Shown here piece after piece: positions 14,245 to 27,477 of a stretch of 64,000 bases of DNA. The translations under genes were made by a program, and so were the position numbers. Below the pieces are notes generated by a model. That model had not been told where the DNA came from and ran no database searches. It saw nothing but the letters and a program-made list of their open reading frames with translations. The stretch comes from Octopus vulgaris. Taxonomy: Eukaryota. The DNA lies in the NCBI GenBank assembly GCA_951406725.2, contig OX597819.1:82274001-82338000 (forward strand), given 5' to 3'. Within the stretch, counting starts at the first letter, position 1, and each line of letters begins with the position of its first letter.

Positions 14245-14385
14245 ATTAAACAAAAGAGACAGATAGAATAAGTACCAGACTTAAAAATTAAATACTGGGG
14301 TCAATTTGTCCAACTAAACCCTTCAAGGTGGTGCTCCAGCATGACAGCAGTCTAATGACTGAAACAAGTTAAAGATAAAAGATAT
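14245..14385 (+). mobile_element. SINE family 1, 3' half
   Basis: AAAAGAGACAGATAGAATAAGTACCAG..GGTGGTGCTCCAGCATG..ATGACTGAAACAAGT. Confidence 0.8.
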
Positions 14386-15052
14386 AAAGAAAATAATGTG
14401 TATCAAAATTGCTCTAAAACAGATATGGAGACATGCATTGCTCTTTGTGACAAATAAATACACATATGCTTCAGTTCTGATTAAAAAAAAAACTTCTAAA
14501 TTTCCTGGTATTTTCTTTCTTACCTCAAACTTATTCTCTTGCAGACCATATGTGGCGCTGGTTGAAAACATTTGAATTAAATAGACAGTTTCTGTTATTC
14601 TTTCTTCATTGTCAGTACAATATAATGCTGCATTTTTTTCTGTAGTATTTGTATCTGTTTTTCTTTTAAAATTTTATAATATAATTTTCTTTTTTAATGT
14701 TCTGTCTATTATACATTTGATAATTGCATTGGTCCTTTAAGCACTCTTTGTGACACTTAACTATGCAGCATATCAATTGAAAAGCACTTATAGAGAAAAC
14801 ATTAGTAATGTTTGAATAGAACAACGATAAATGTCTTAAAATTGAAGAACCAAGAATGAACTGATAATGCAGATTTTTCTAAGAAATATCAGCATGAAAA
14901 ACAGACTTAAAACAGTGGTATAGCTAACTAGAAAATATTTTTTATCACACATGAGGAGAAATAATATAAAGTAGTATTTTTATTTTCAATTATATCTTAT
15001 TTATTTCTATGTTGAAGTAAGCTGGATATTAATCTAATTAAATAGCAATCAT

Positions 15053-15216
15053 AGGCACAGGAGTGGCTGTGTGGTAAGTAGCTTCCTTACCAACTACATG
15101 GTTCCGGGTTCAGTCCCACTGCGTGGCACCTTAGGCAAGTGTCTTCTACTATAGCTTCGGGCCAACCAAAGCCTTGTGAGTAGATTTGGTAGACGGAAAC
15201 TGGAAGAAGCCCATCG

Positions 15217-15268
<52 letters not shown>

Positions 15269-15487
15269 AATGTATTTGTGTGTCTGTGTTTGTACCCCCA
15301 TCATCGCTTGACAACCGATGCTGGTGTGTATAAGTCCCCGTAACTTAGCGGTTCGGCAAAAAGAGATTGATATAATAAGTACTAGGCTTACAAAGAATAA
15401 GTCCTGGGGTCGATTTGCTCGACTAAAGGTGGTGCTCCAGCATGGCCACAGTCAAATGACTGAAACAAGTAAAAGAGTAAAAGAGTA
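15053..15487 (+). mobile_element. Full-length tRNA-derived SINE, family 1
   Basis: Head GGAGTGGCTGTGTGGTAAG..GGGTTCAGTCCC (A/B boxes), central (TA)n(TG)n, tail (AAAAGAGT)n. Confidence 0.92.
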
Positions 15488-16861
15488 TAGGCTGAATATC
15501 CTTTGCATCCACCTTCATAGTTTAGAATGGCCTGTTAAAAGAAAAATGTAAAGTAACATCATACTTAAGCAATCAATGTGTTATTTGCAATGTGGAAATG
15601 TTCCTCGTTGATTGGTTTGAAGCAACCCTGCTTAGGGAGATCAGTTCCATGATGGAAACTGATGGAAGATGATTAACAAATGTACTTTGAAGTGATACAT
15701 AATAATATATAGAAACAGTATATCTCTACATGCATATAAATAGATACATACATATATATACATATAACATTATGAAGGGCATTCAGCCATATCAACCCTG
15801 GCAAAGCAGGTAGCAAAGTGATGCGCAGTCCTCTGGCTTGCCAGCTCCTGTCAAACTGTCCAATTCATGCAAGCATGGAAAATAGACACTAAATGATAAT
15901 GATGATCGGATGGATGAACAGATGGATAGAAAGCGAAAGTGAGAGAGAGAGAATAATTAAATGAGAGATGAGCAGTTGGTTGCTTCTGGCAGCAAAGCAT
16001 TTCTAAAATAGTTACACAGAAGTGAATATAAGTAAGCAGGGAAGCATAAGTTCTAATTTCTAATACTCTAATTTCCCAGATAAGGGAGATTAGAATATAG
16101 TTAATCATTTACAGCTATTTCTGGTGTTTGATGATCTCTAAGTGCAGTATTTTGCATAGAGTATACATATGCATGAAGTAGATTGGGGTTTTGGGGACTA
16201 TATAAAATAACACAAGTTTCAATGATATTATTTTATACTCACTTCTACTTAACTATTTTATAAATATTTTGATGCTATTAGCAACTGCCTGTCCATCTTT
16301 TATTTTATTATACTTTCATTAACTAGACTGGTACATTCTCTATAGCTAATTCTTGTTTAGCTGGATCTTCATTTGATGGCGGAGTTTAAGTTTCAGCACC
16401 AATTCTCTGTATCTGTTACATGCCTTTTTGATGTATTCTTACCCATTAAAGGTTATATATTCATACACACACATACACTCACATATATATAGGAGTAAAT
16501 ATAAGGACAAGCAAGTTAGGCGAGTCAATATAGAAAAAATATTAAATACATTTAATACAAAAAAATGTACAAATAACACATTGATTGCTTAAGTATGGGG
16601 CTTGTTAGTTCAAAATTATGTATGTGCACTACGAAGTGAATTATAAACAGAGAATACCTGTCTGTAATCTATAAATTACATAAATATATACTCACACACA
16701 CATATGCATACCTTCCATTAATTTGACCTATTACACCTTACTTTCTATCATGCAATTTGGGTTAATTGGAGTGAATGGTTTTAATAGGTGAATGCCCTTC
16801 ATAAAGCCATATGTATATATATGCATGTATGCATGCCTGTATATATTTATCTATATACATG

Positions 16862-16908
<47 letters not shown>

Positions 16909-19144
16909 TGTTTCTATATATTATTATGTATCACTTCAGAGTACATTTTAGAGGTTTGTATATGACTAAAAAGTTTGAGCAGTTATTGCAGCAGAAATGG
17001 AGAAAAAGGACACTGATAGTAATTCATTATAGCAGCTTGATACCTTTGCATTTTGTTTGGGCTTAGGTTATTAGTTCAAGACTAGATAGATAATTAGATA
17101 AGTTGGGAGCTTAGTGGTATAATTGTAGCAGAGGTGTGTGTATTCTTTGGTTGTTCAGTTATTTTAATTAATTTGTTTCAGCTGTCACAAAGCACTGTGT
17201 GTAGTTCTTATAATTTTAAAAATGCTGTTTTATGTTTTACAACTTTATAGTGATTAGCAACAAAGATATTAAACGAGTAAGCAGAACTGATATAATTTAT
17301 GGTAGAGCTATTATAGTTACAGCAACTTTTCTTTGCATTTGTTCTCAGTGTTGTTGCTGTTTAATTATGTAGCTGCCAATATCGAACAGACTGATGATTA
17401 TAGGTATTCCTGATATGCCCATAGTGTCTTTATTTTCAGACACAGTGTACCTGAGACCAAATTATTCCAATGAATTTTCTTTATTTTTCTTCAATGTTCC
17501 TCAACCAACCTGAAACCACCCATAGTTCTATGATACAAAGTTTGCATGTTAATTTATGTTCCAGATACCAAGTTAACAAGGGCAAAGTTATTTTATGAAA
17601 TTTTTCAATATTTTAAAAATTAACTGAAACAAAGACAGTGAATTTCAACAGAATAATGGAAACAAAAGGGGTTTCAAATTTGTAGACAGGTAACAAGTGT
17701 TAGTTAGAGATACATGTCTTTCCCTGAGAAATAATGTAATACTTGTGTTGCATTCTCCTTAAGCACTCACCCAATTTTATTTATATTTTTTTTATTAAAT
17801 ACAATTAATAGTTTAAATTACCAACTTAGAAAACTAGTAAGTCCATAAAACATATATCTATTATACATAGATTATAATCGGAAATCTTGTTAAAAAATTT
17901 AACGTTTAGTCATGGTCAATTTATTAAGTATTATATACCAAAGGCAAGGAAAAAACAAAGAAAATCTAATGGAAGAAATAGTAAATGGCAACTAGTAATA
18001 ATATATAGGTTTCATCCATAACTTAAGTTAAGATCTGCTGAAGACAAAAGATATTGAAGAGAACACTTTAAAAAGAATTTCCAGTTATCAAAATTACTGT
18101 AGATGTTTATTCTTCCTTTCAGACAAGTCACTAGCAGATTATGGAGTAAGTGAAACATTTGAAGGAATGGAAATGAGGAAGTTATATAAATGTTTTATTT
18201 TAGAATTCATTTTGGCAGTTTTGACACTTTTATCTGGCTTCTTTACAACGTTTTTGTCTTTTGCTTTTTCTTTCTTTTCATTTATCTTCTTTATCGACAG
18301 AAAACAAAATACTATCAAGGTTTACAGTGTGTGGATATTTGTTTTAAAAGCACTTACTATGTACAATGTTCACAGTGAAAGCTAACATTAAATATTAGTT
18401 TCAGATCAATATGTTGTATCATACTATGTAAGTTGTAATCGAACATTTTACCACAATATATTTCTAAAACATAAGTAGATATTTGAACAATTCTACAGCA
18501 CAACTATATATATATATAGTATGTATGTGTATGTATATGTGTATGTATATATGTATATAAGTGTGTGGATGTGTATGTGTTTGTGTATATTTATATTATG
18601 GTCGTTTTTAATGCAATCATACATTGCTCAAATACATATCATTGAAGTACTGTTTAACAGAGCTTCAGTAATGTATTTGAGTATTGCATCCTTGTTGTTG
18701 CTAACTTTTGCCTGTTTTTCAAGTGAAGGATTTTCATTTCACTAATCATTGAAAGTGCAAAGCTTACATACGATCTTTGATAAAGAATTGTCAATTCTCA
18801 ACAATTGTATCTTGGTACCTTTTCCATTGTATGGAAACATGCCCATGTAAACACACAAATACACACATGCAGACACAAACACACAAACACACAAAGAGTC
18901 ATTGTCATTCCCATCTACCAATTTTCATTCACGAGGCATTGGACAACCCAAGGCAAGATTAGAAGACAACGTTCCCAATGTAATACACACTGGGATAGAA
19001 TATAAAATCACAAGATTGAGGTGAACTTTGTAACTACATAGCTACGCATGAAACAGTAACTACCTCCATTCCTATAGCCAACCTTTGCATATAATATGTG
19101 TGTGTGTATGTATATATATGTGTGTGTGTGTGTATGTATATAGT

Positions 19145-19457
19145 AATATAGGTATATAAAGGTTGAATGTAGATTCATCCTTTAATTTGGAGGTTTTCAA
19201 AAAAGATTTCTAATTTTGATTCTTCATACTTTGCTGGGAGTTTTCAGGTGTAAATTTACAAAGATATGAAAGTAGTACTTGTGTATAATGTATGATGAAT
19301 TTATGGAATAAAGTCCCATAAAACTCATCAATTTAGTTAAAAATGGAGGAGACAGGTTAAAATATATAAGAAGTTTAATTCTTACAGACGATTGTTTCAT
19401 ACAGAAATATAATAATAATGTAAATTCATGATTAAATTAAATTACATTAGATTCATC
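19145..19457 (-). mobile_element. Decayed HHR-bearing PLE-terminus fragment abutting an RTE
   Basis: Minus strand ..GATGA(19457-19453)..TGTAT-GAAAC-AATC-GTC resembles the 56183-56273 HHR; adjacent to a TA/TG microsatellite. Confidence 0.4.
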
Positions 19458-20830
19458 ATAGTTCTCCAGGCAATAACAGAGGAATGCAAGACAGGATGCT
19501 GCTGGGAGCTTCTCTGTGCTGATGACCTTGCTCTAGTAGCTGAGTCACTATCAGAACTAGAGAAGTTTCAAGTGTGGATGCAAGGTCTAGAATCAAAGGG
19601 CTTTAGAGTCAACCTAGCAAAAACCAAAGTCTTAATAAGTAGGAAGGCAGACAAACCACTAATCCCTTCGAGTAGATGGCCCTGCTTGATCTGTAGAAAA
19701 GGTGTAGGTAGAAACTCCATAAGATGCTCCCACTGTCTTTTGCTTTTTCTTTCTTTTCATTTACCTTCTTTATCGACAGAAAACAAAATACTATCAAGGT
19801 TTACAGCATGTGGATATTTGTTTTAAAAGCACTTAAAGCACATAAGTGGTGCAGCAATATTAAAGGAAGGCTAACTGAGAAGACAATTTTTGTGTGTAGC
19901 AAATGCTTAGGAGCAATAGACACTGAAAATGAGCAGAAATTGCTTCTGTCACATTTCAGGGAAAAAAACTAGAAGTAGTTGATAGCTTCTGTTACCTAGG
20001 TGACCAAGTCAGTAGCTGGGGTGGATACTCTGAAAGTGTAACTGCTACAATAAGAATAGCCTGGGCAAAGTTCAGAGAGCTCCTACCTCTGGTGGTGACA
20101 AAGGGCTTCTTGCTCAGAGTAAAAGGTAGACTGTATGATGCATGTGCATGAACAGCCATGCTACATGGCAGTGAAACATGGGTCCCAACTGCTGAGAACA
20201 TGTGCAAGTTTGCAAGGAATGAAGTTAGTATGCTCTGCTGGATGTGTAATGTTAGTGTGCATACACAACAGAGTGTAAGCACCCTGACAGAAAAATTGAA
20301 CTTAAGAAATATCAGATGTGGTGTGCAAGAGAGATGACTGTGCTGGTATGGCCATGTGTTGCAAATGGATGAGAACAGCTGTGTGAAAAAGTGTCACACC
20401 CTAGCAGTAGAGAGGACCTGTGGAAGAGGTGAACATTGGGCCTCATCGAGGCAATGAAAATGACTGAGGCCTTTGGAGATAAGCTGTGCTTGAGAAGACC
20501 CAGCAAGCCAAGTGAGACCATAGCTGGGACCAATTCCAGTGCAGCATAACCAGCCCATTTAAGAGTACCCTTCAATCATTGGGCAATAAACTGTAGTTGT
20601 GAAGACCAGTTGAGTCAAGTGAAGTCATTGTTGTGGCCGATGATACTACTGCCTGATTGGCACCCATGCCAGGGGCACATTAAAAGCACCATTCAAGTGT
20701 GATTGTTGGCAATGCCACCTGACTGGTTCCCATGCCAGTGGCATGTAAACAGCACCACTCAAGCATAGTCAATGCCAGTGCTGGCTGACTGGCCCCATGC
20801 CAGTGGCAGATAAAAAGCACCATTTGAGCA
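19452..20830 (+). mobile_element. 5'-truncated RTE-clade LINE (RT C-terminal half, Cys-rich PHD-like finger, 3'UTR), pseudogenised
   Basis: ELLCADDLAL (YADD motif), VNLAKTKVL, WPCLICRKGVGRNSIRCSHC..HKWCS..FVCSKC, FCYLGD, RIAWAKFRELLP, LHGSETW, WYGHV; stops and frameshifts present. Confidence 0.92.
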
Positions 20831-20839
20831 TCTATTACT

Positions 20840-21210
20840 TTATTCTAACTCATTTTTCACATTATAAAGTATTTATAAATCATTTTTTACTATTTATGTT
20901 TAGAGATGGATAAGTTAGAAATTCATACAGTTTTGAAATATGAATTCTTTCTTGAAAATACAGCATCACAGGCAGCTCAGAATATTATTGGAGCATTTCA
21001 TTCTAATGTCATTACACAGCAGACAGTATCATATTGGTTTGTAAAATTTCATTCTGGTAACTTTGACCTCACAAATGAGCAACATGGTCGACCAGAAACA
21101 AAGGTGGATAATGACGAACTGAAAGCCACTGATAAATAAAACTATTCCTTGTGTCTATGAATTATTCGCAAACTTTTCTTTTCTACAAATTTCATACTTG
21201 ATGGCCTAAT
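20840..21210 (+). mobile_element. Mariner transposase N-terminal (HTH) fragment with internal deletion
   Basis: ORF 20906-21139 ..LKYEF..ASQAAQNI..TVSYWFVKFHSGNFDLTNEQHGRP.. typical of mariner HTH domains. Confidence 0.85.
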
Positions 21211-21309
21211 ATATTAAAGATATGTTAAAAGCCATATAATTCACACATGCAAAAATGTAATCTTTGTTTTAGGGAATCCCTAACTATTCTCCTTAATATT
21301 GAATAGATT

Positions 21310-21990
21310 TTCAGATGCCATCATTCCTTGTAGACATAGGTTCTGTTCGACCCTTAAGCATCTAGTTAACTCTACACAGTAAGATAATAATTCCAATAAA
21401 TATAAATTACAAAATTTGGTTTAGACCATCTTCAACCTACCATCTCTAATATTATTAATAGCTTCTTCTTAATAGTGGTTTACTATCTTTATAAAAGTTG
21501 TCAGAAATGGATCCAACCATAACTCATAATAAATGTAATCATACAAATTGAATCATCCTTGATGACAGAGGCAGTGGTATTGAGTGTAGCTAAGTTCATT
21601 TTTGCACCATTATGACCCCAGAAATGGCCGTCAGATGTGAACCCCTGGATGTTATACTTCTAAATGGATTTATTTTTATATAGCTAGATTTTAAGCAAGT
21701 TACAAAACTTTTGGATTTACAATGTGATATGTTTTAATTCCGTATTTTAATAATGTTTTTAAAAATGTAACGATATATTTCGTACATATGTTTTAATATA
21801 TCTTTAATACCTATATATTTAATGTATTTTCAATATATCTTGAGTATATTCATATATATTTATATTTTTTTAGCACATTATCTGGTGCATATGATTTTAA
21901 AACTGAATATATTTAGATAACTTATCCTTTGTCTCCCTTTAGTACTTCTCTATTTTTCTATAGCTCGCAGTCACACTGAGTGCTTTGATG
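21310..21990 (+). mobile_element. Possible highly decayed Neptune-type PLE 3' end
   Basis: Weak traces only: PCRHRFCST Cys cluster and a ..NGF/L end resembling PxGLN, then an AT-rich tail into (TA)n. Confidence 0.25.
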
Positions 21991-22032
21991 TGATCTATAT
22001 AGAGAGATAATTCTATCTATAAAAAAATATAC

Positions 22033-22083
<51 letters not shown>

Positions 22084-22100
22084 ATACAGACATGTGTACA

Positions 22101-22131
<31 letters not shown>

Positions 22132-23134
22132 CAATGGAGATATATATTACATTAAATTACAGTATGAATTCAAGACAAATACATACATAGAAATTATTAG
22201 TTATAGAACTGTCTGGAAACTCTTGTTTTGTGAAAAAATAAACTGATAAAGACAGAAATAATTAGATTGTTGCTGATGGAATGTTTAGCTGCAATGCCAA
22301 CAACAAGAACAGTAATAATGATGATGCTGAACAAAATTTAGACAATAAAAAAAAATAGGCATTTAGGTACAAGTATGGATGTGTAATTAAGAAGTTGCAT
22401 ATTATTTTGCTAACTTATGATGCCAAGATCAATCCCATTGCATGACTTTTTGGGTGAGTGTTATCTACAATAACTTGTAATTACATGTGTATTAGAAATT
22501 TAGCCAATCGAAAGTGTTTAGAAGTCTGTTGAAATCAACAAATGAAAATTCATAAAAATAAATGTCAGAAAGAAATATGAACTATGGTTGATATGGTCAC
22601 CTAAAAATTCTGAAGACCTTGCTCTAGCCTGGCTTCGATTCAGTGACTCAAAACAGTAAAAGAATAAAGGAATCTAAAACAGCTAATAAAATGGACATTG
22701 GCTTAAAATAGAACAGCAGCAAGCAAACTTTGAGAATTCTACTTTGTGTTAAGAAAATTAGTTGGTAAGCTGGTGAAATAATTATTAATTAGTTCTAAAG
22801 CCACAACCAATTATTTATAATCGAAGCTACTTGAATTCATCATCAGCTGCAGCAATTTTAGCAGCAGCTTCTGCAGCAGTAGTAAACAAATGATACTTAT
22901 ATAATAACATTTATTTAAAGTAAATTTTATTTTGTAGTTTATATCATCAAATATTTAGATAAAGTCGTTTTTCAAATTCAAAAAGTAAGAAGTCTAGACT
23001 TATGGTGAATACATATAAGAATCTACTACGTGTAATTACAAGAATTGAGAGGACTTCACATAAGGAAAACTATCACACAGAGACACACAAACACAGACAG
23101 GCACACTTCATTCACATATATAGATTTATATATG

Positions 23135-23273
23135 TGGCGTTAGGAAGGGCACCCAGTTATAGAAACACTGCCAGTTCAAGATTGGAGCCTGGTGCAGCCA
23201 TCTGATTCACCAGCCCTCAGTCAAAATCGTCCAACCCATGCTAGCATGGAAAGCGGGTGTTAAACGATGATGA

Positions 23274-23277
<4 letters not shown>
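23135..23277 (+). mobile_element. Short RTE 3' tail insertion
   Basis: TGGCGTTAGGAAGGGCA..CCAACCCATGCTAGCATGGAAAGCGG..(GAT)n. Confidence 0.85.
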
Positions 23278-23316
<39 letters not shown>

Positions 23317-23649
23317 TATACATATGTAGGCATGATGATATGAGTATGCATATGCCTATATGTGTTATGTCATCATGTATGAATTTATATATACCATACT
23401 CATTATCATCATCATTTTAACATTCTCTCCATGAATGAGTCACATGAAATTTGTCGAAGTAGATATTCTTCTTGTTGCCAAGCTTCACATTTTACAAACA
23501 ATCAGTTATATTTACGCTTTCTTATCTTTTGAATGTAAACAGCACAATGGCTGCACATGTATTCCTAGAAGATTGCTAATGAATAACATCGCTTATATGA
23601 TATCAACATATGTTTCCTTTTAGCACATAATGTTAAAACAAGAAAATAT

Positions 23650-23682
23650 AAACAGACACATATGCACGTGTACATACATGTA

Positions 23683-23714
<32 letters not shown>

Positions 23715-23741
23715 CATACATATATACATATACATACATAA

Positions 23742-23776
<35 letters not shown>

Positions 23777-23853
23777 CATTATATATATATGTATATATAT
23801 ACATATATGCATATACATACATATATATATATATATACATACATATATATATA

Positions 23854-23918
<65 letters not shown>
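23650..23918. repeat. Long compound (TA)n/(CA)n microsatellite
   Basis: Direct reading of the sequence. Confidence 0.95.
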
Positions 23919-23919
<1 letters not shown>

Positions 23920-23920
<1 letters not shown>

Positions 23921-24640
23921 TTTATTTAAAGCAGCAGAAAATTCAACAAAACCTGTTACTCTGAGTTTCGCATTGCCGTTCATCGGACAGTTTTTGCTAG
24001 AATAGAACCGATATGTCAAATCTATCCAGACTAGTATAAACGCTACACCTTTAAAAATGAACTTGTTTGATTGGTCCTTTACAAAAATTACAATTATTAT
24101 TAAATTTATATGTAGTCTTATCTCTACATGTACAATAAATTATATCATGGTCTTTATTATTATTATTCAAATCATTATTTAATTTATTTTTGTAGAATTT
24201 ATTTAATTTAAATTTATTAAATGAAGAAATAATATTACCAACATTATTAGTAGTTGAATACCCAACTTCAAAATTATTATTAGAAAAATGTTATAATATT
24301 TTTTATTATCCCTAATGAACATTTCAATTATATTTAAAATCTCTTAAATAACATTTGTTTTTACCTGAGCCCCAAAAGGAACGATTAATCATTTTTTATT
24401 CTTATTTTTTTATATTATCATCAAATTTATTATCAACATTAATTGAATTAATTTTTATCTTATTTTTATTTTTTATTCCATTATTAAATGTATGATTTAT
24501 ATTATCAAAATGCCTATTATTATTAAGACCATAGTTACCTAAATAAAACGTATCATCATTCAGATAATTAGGTTTATTATTATAAAAATTATTTATATTA
24601 TAATCCTTTAAATTATAATTATATTTACAAATATTAAAGA
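23920..24640 (-). mobile_element. Decayed Penelope-like element fragment (Hydra-type thumb/linker and HHR terminus) ending in (TA)n
   Basis: Minus-strand remnants VPFGAQVKTNV..GYSTTNNVGNIISSFNK..Asn-rich..YCTCRDK resemble the PLE PPFxxxVKTN..SYS..IIxxHN..CxCR pattern; HHR motif at 23953-23990. Confidence 0.7.
23953..23990 (-). ncRNA. Minimal hammerhead motif (CCGATGA core variant)
   Basis: CTGT-CCGATGA-ACGGCAATGC-GAAAC-TCAGA-GTA-ACAG. Confidence 0.6.
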
Positions 24641-24644
24641 TAAT

Positions 24645-24970
24645 AGGTGCAGGAGTGGATGTGTGGTAAGTAGCTTGCTTACCAACCACATGGTTCCAAG
24701 TTCAGTCCCACTGCGTGGCACCTTGCACAAGTGTCTTCTATCATAGTCTCTGGCCGACCAAAGCCTTGTGAGTGGATTTGGTACATATATATATATATAT
24801 ATATATACAACAGGCTTCTTTCAGTTTCCGCCTACCAAATCCACTCACAAAGCTTTGGTCAGCCCGAGGCTATAGTAGAAGGCACTTGCCCAAGGTGCCA
24901 CACAGTGGGACTGAACCCGGAACCATGTGGTTGGTAAGCAAACTACTTACCACACAGCCACTCCTGTACA
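24645..24970. mobile_element. Two SINE family 1 heads in inverted orientation joined by (TA)n
   Basis: 24645-24783 (+) and about 24810-24968 (-) are reverse complements. Confidence 0.9.
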
Positions 24971-25656
24971 TATTAAATGATTTCAGAATATCCCTATTTG
25001 ATTTGACTTGTATGTTTTACAACTTGTGCATATGTAAGGTGTTGAGAATCACTAGGGCACAAAAACATGACTGGAGAATAGACTGATGAAGACATACAAT
25101 AAATAATTACATGCGAAGAAGGGCAAAGTAAATTTCAAACTACTCATTATAAATAATGAAAGAGCATTGAAAAGTTAACTACAAAACTACAAATAAATAT
25201 GTAGTGAGGGCAAACATTTCTTCTCTTTTATCATTCTTCAGCATCGAGAATAGCTTAGATTTTTTGTATTATTAGTGATTCTAAAAGGAATAAAGGAAAA
25301 TTATTTCAAGAAATCAAAAAAATCTATCTTACAAAATTATTTTAAATATTAAAAGAAAAATTTAATCTATTAGCAGACAAGGTAAGAGCTATGGACACAC
25401 TTCAGTCTTGCTTGATCTCATATGTCACTTAGATGTAATTGGCTAGAGTTACTCTATTATATCATGTTATAAAATTTGTGGTATCATACTGCTGAGTATA
25501 GTTGCAATTCTTTCACCACAGACTCACACCCACACTCGCACATACTCACATGCTACAACTCATTTAAAATATATTCATAAGTATTGTTGGTCTTTTGTTT
25601 TATACTGAAGAATTCTAAAATGTTAGGTCTGTAACAAATAGATTATATAATAAAGA

Positions 25657-26121
25657 CTAGCTATTTTGACCCGTGCTTTGCTCGGGATTTGGTGGTGGTG
25701 TTGTTTTGTGCGTGTTGTCTCCTTTTCCATTTCTTCTTTTGTTTGTCTTCTTTGCCTGGTTCTTTTTATTGCTCTCTTCTTTACTACCCTTTCCAAATCC
25801 CCCAAATTTTTACACCCACAATTAAAGATAACTGCCTCTAGCCCCTGCAGCAACACGAAAAGCCACTATTATTCAAACAGCGCAACCTGTCTATCCCATA
25901 AAACTCAATTTTTTCCGTATTCCTCACAATGGCAACCAAACAGTAGCCCCGAGCGACTTGCAACCCCCTCAAACCATTGCCCACCCCATTTTAACTCCCA
26001 TTGTAAATTTTGGCACCAATCCGACACCATCTACCACCCCTTAAACCGTTCCCATCCCAAAATGAGACAAATAACCAAGAAATCAAACAAGTTTTTCGCA
26101 TTTCAGCTTTATAGATATTGA
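25657..26121 (-). mobile_element. Non-autonomous Helitron-like element
   Basis: Minus strand begins TCAATATCTATAAAGC and ends with hairpin CCCG-AGCAAAGCA-CGGG then CTAG|T. Confidence 0.65.
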
Positions 26122-27394
26122 TGAAATTCTCTTGAAAATTTCATTTATTGATACTCTTTCTAGAAACAAATATAAACTTTATTTAAAGCAGTATTTCAGA
26201 TAGATTCTACCACTTGTAATGCAAATGAGTGCTGTGAATTAGCTTTAGTATGAGATAGCAAATCTATTTCCTTCTGCAATGTTCAATTATTATGAATATA
26301 GCAACTCATATCAGTTTCTACATTCACATGCATAATATTATTATTCATACAACCAGTTGACATGGTTAATAACTTCACATTACAGAAAGAAAAAAGACTC
26401 AGTTATACTTGTATATGCCTCATGTGCAATTATCAGTGCATGTTGGCTTGAAGGTGAATAAATTGTATTCATTCACCAAGAATGTAGCACATATAAAATG
26501 AAAAACCTATGTAACCAATGTTGTATATCTGTGACTTTGAGTAATAATAACAATAATGATAATTCATAATAATAAACAATATGTTTCCTGGTGTCTGTAG
26601 TGTCTCATAAAAATTTTCTTTTAGCTTAGGTTTCCATAGTATCCAAATGTTTCCATTAAATCTTGCACTAGATATTGTAAAACTCTTCCTTGAAGTATAA
26701 CTATATGCAACAGATACATGGAATTATGTATTCTAATAGAGATATAAATTAATGTTTGCAACATATTTGAGCACAAGACCCATTAATTATCTGACCAGAA
26801 CATTACCTCACTCCATCATTTCACCTCTCTCATACTATTCATAGCATGGAATATTTATTGATTTTTTTCCCCCTATTGAATCTTATTTTTGATGATGATG
26901 ATGATAATATATAAACATGTTTATAAATGTTATTTACTTAAAATGTTTACTTGAGTATGTTATTGTCCTGTTTGATCTTTATAAACATTTGAACTATAAT
27001 GCAAATTTATGATGATGAAACCAATGCAATTGGGGCATTATTCCAAAGAAAGTTATTTCCATTACTAGAAATAAGCTCTGTGCAAACCTATTGTGAATGC
27101 TATCAAAGTTAGTCATCTGATTGTTCTATTACCATTTAAACAAGATTTTTATGGGTGACAGTAGAATTGGCCTGTTGTAATCCTATGCTGAATTGGTAAT
27201 TAAGTCCATTCCTCATTGAATATTCATGCTTCTCGAGATGCTGCTTTGCTACTGCTATCTATGGATTTTTACCTCTTTGGAAAATTTATTCACATTTTAT
27301 CATTTTTTTAAAAAGTATATTGTATCAAATGCATTTAAAAAATACGGTCTTGATCTGAAAAATAAAATAAATTATTGTACATTGCATTCTCTTT

Positions 27395-27402
27395 ATATAT
27401 AA

Positions 27403-27477
<75 letters not shown>

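Noticed and set aside
15053-15130. tRNA genes at the A/B-box motifs
   Set aside because: These are SINE heads that continue into SINE bodies; no convincing cloverleaf was seen.
25666-26121. 151-aa ORF with a hydrophobic N-terminus
   Set aside because: Non-ATG start, lies wholly within a Helitron-like repeat, no recognisable domain.
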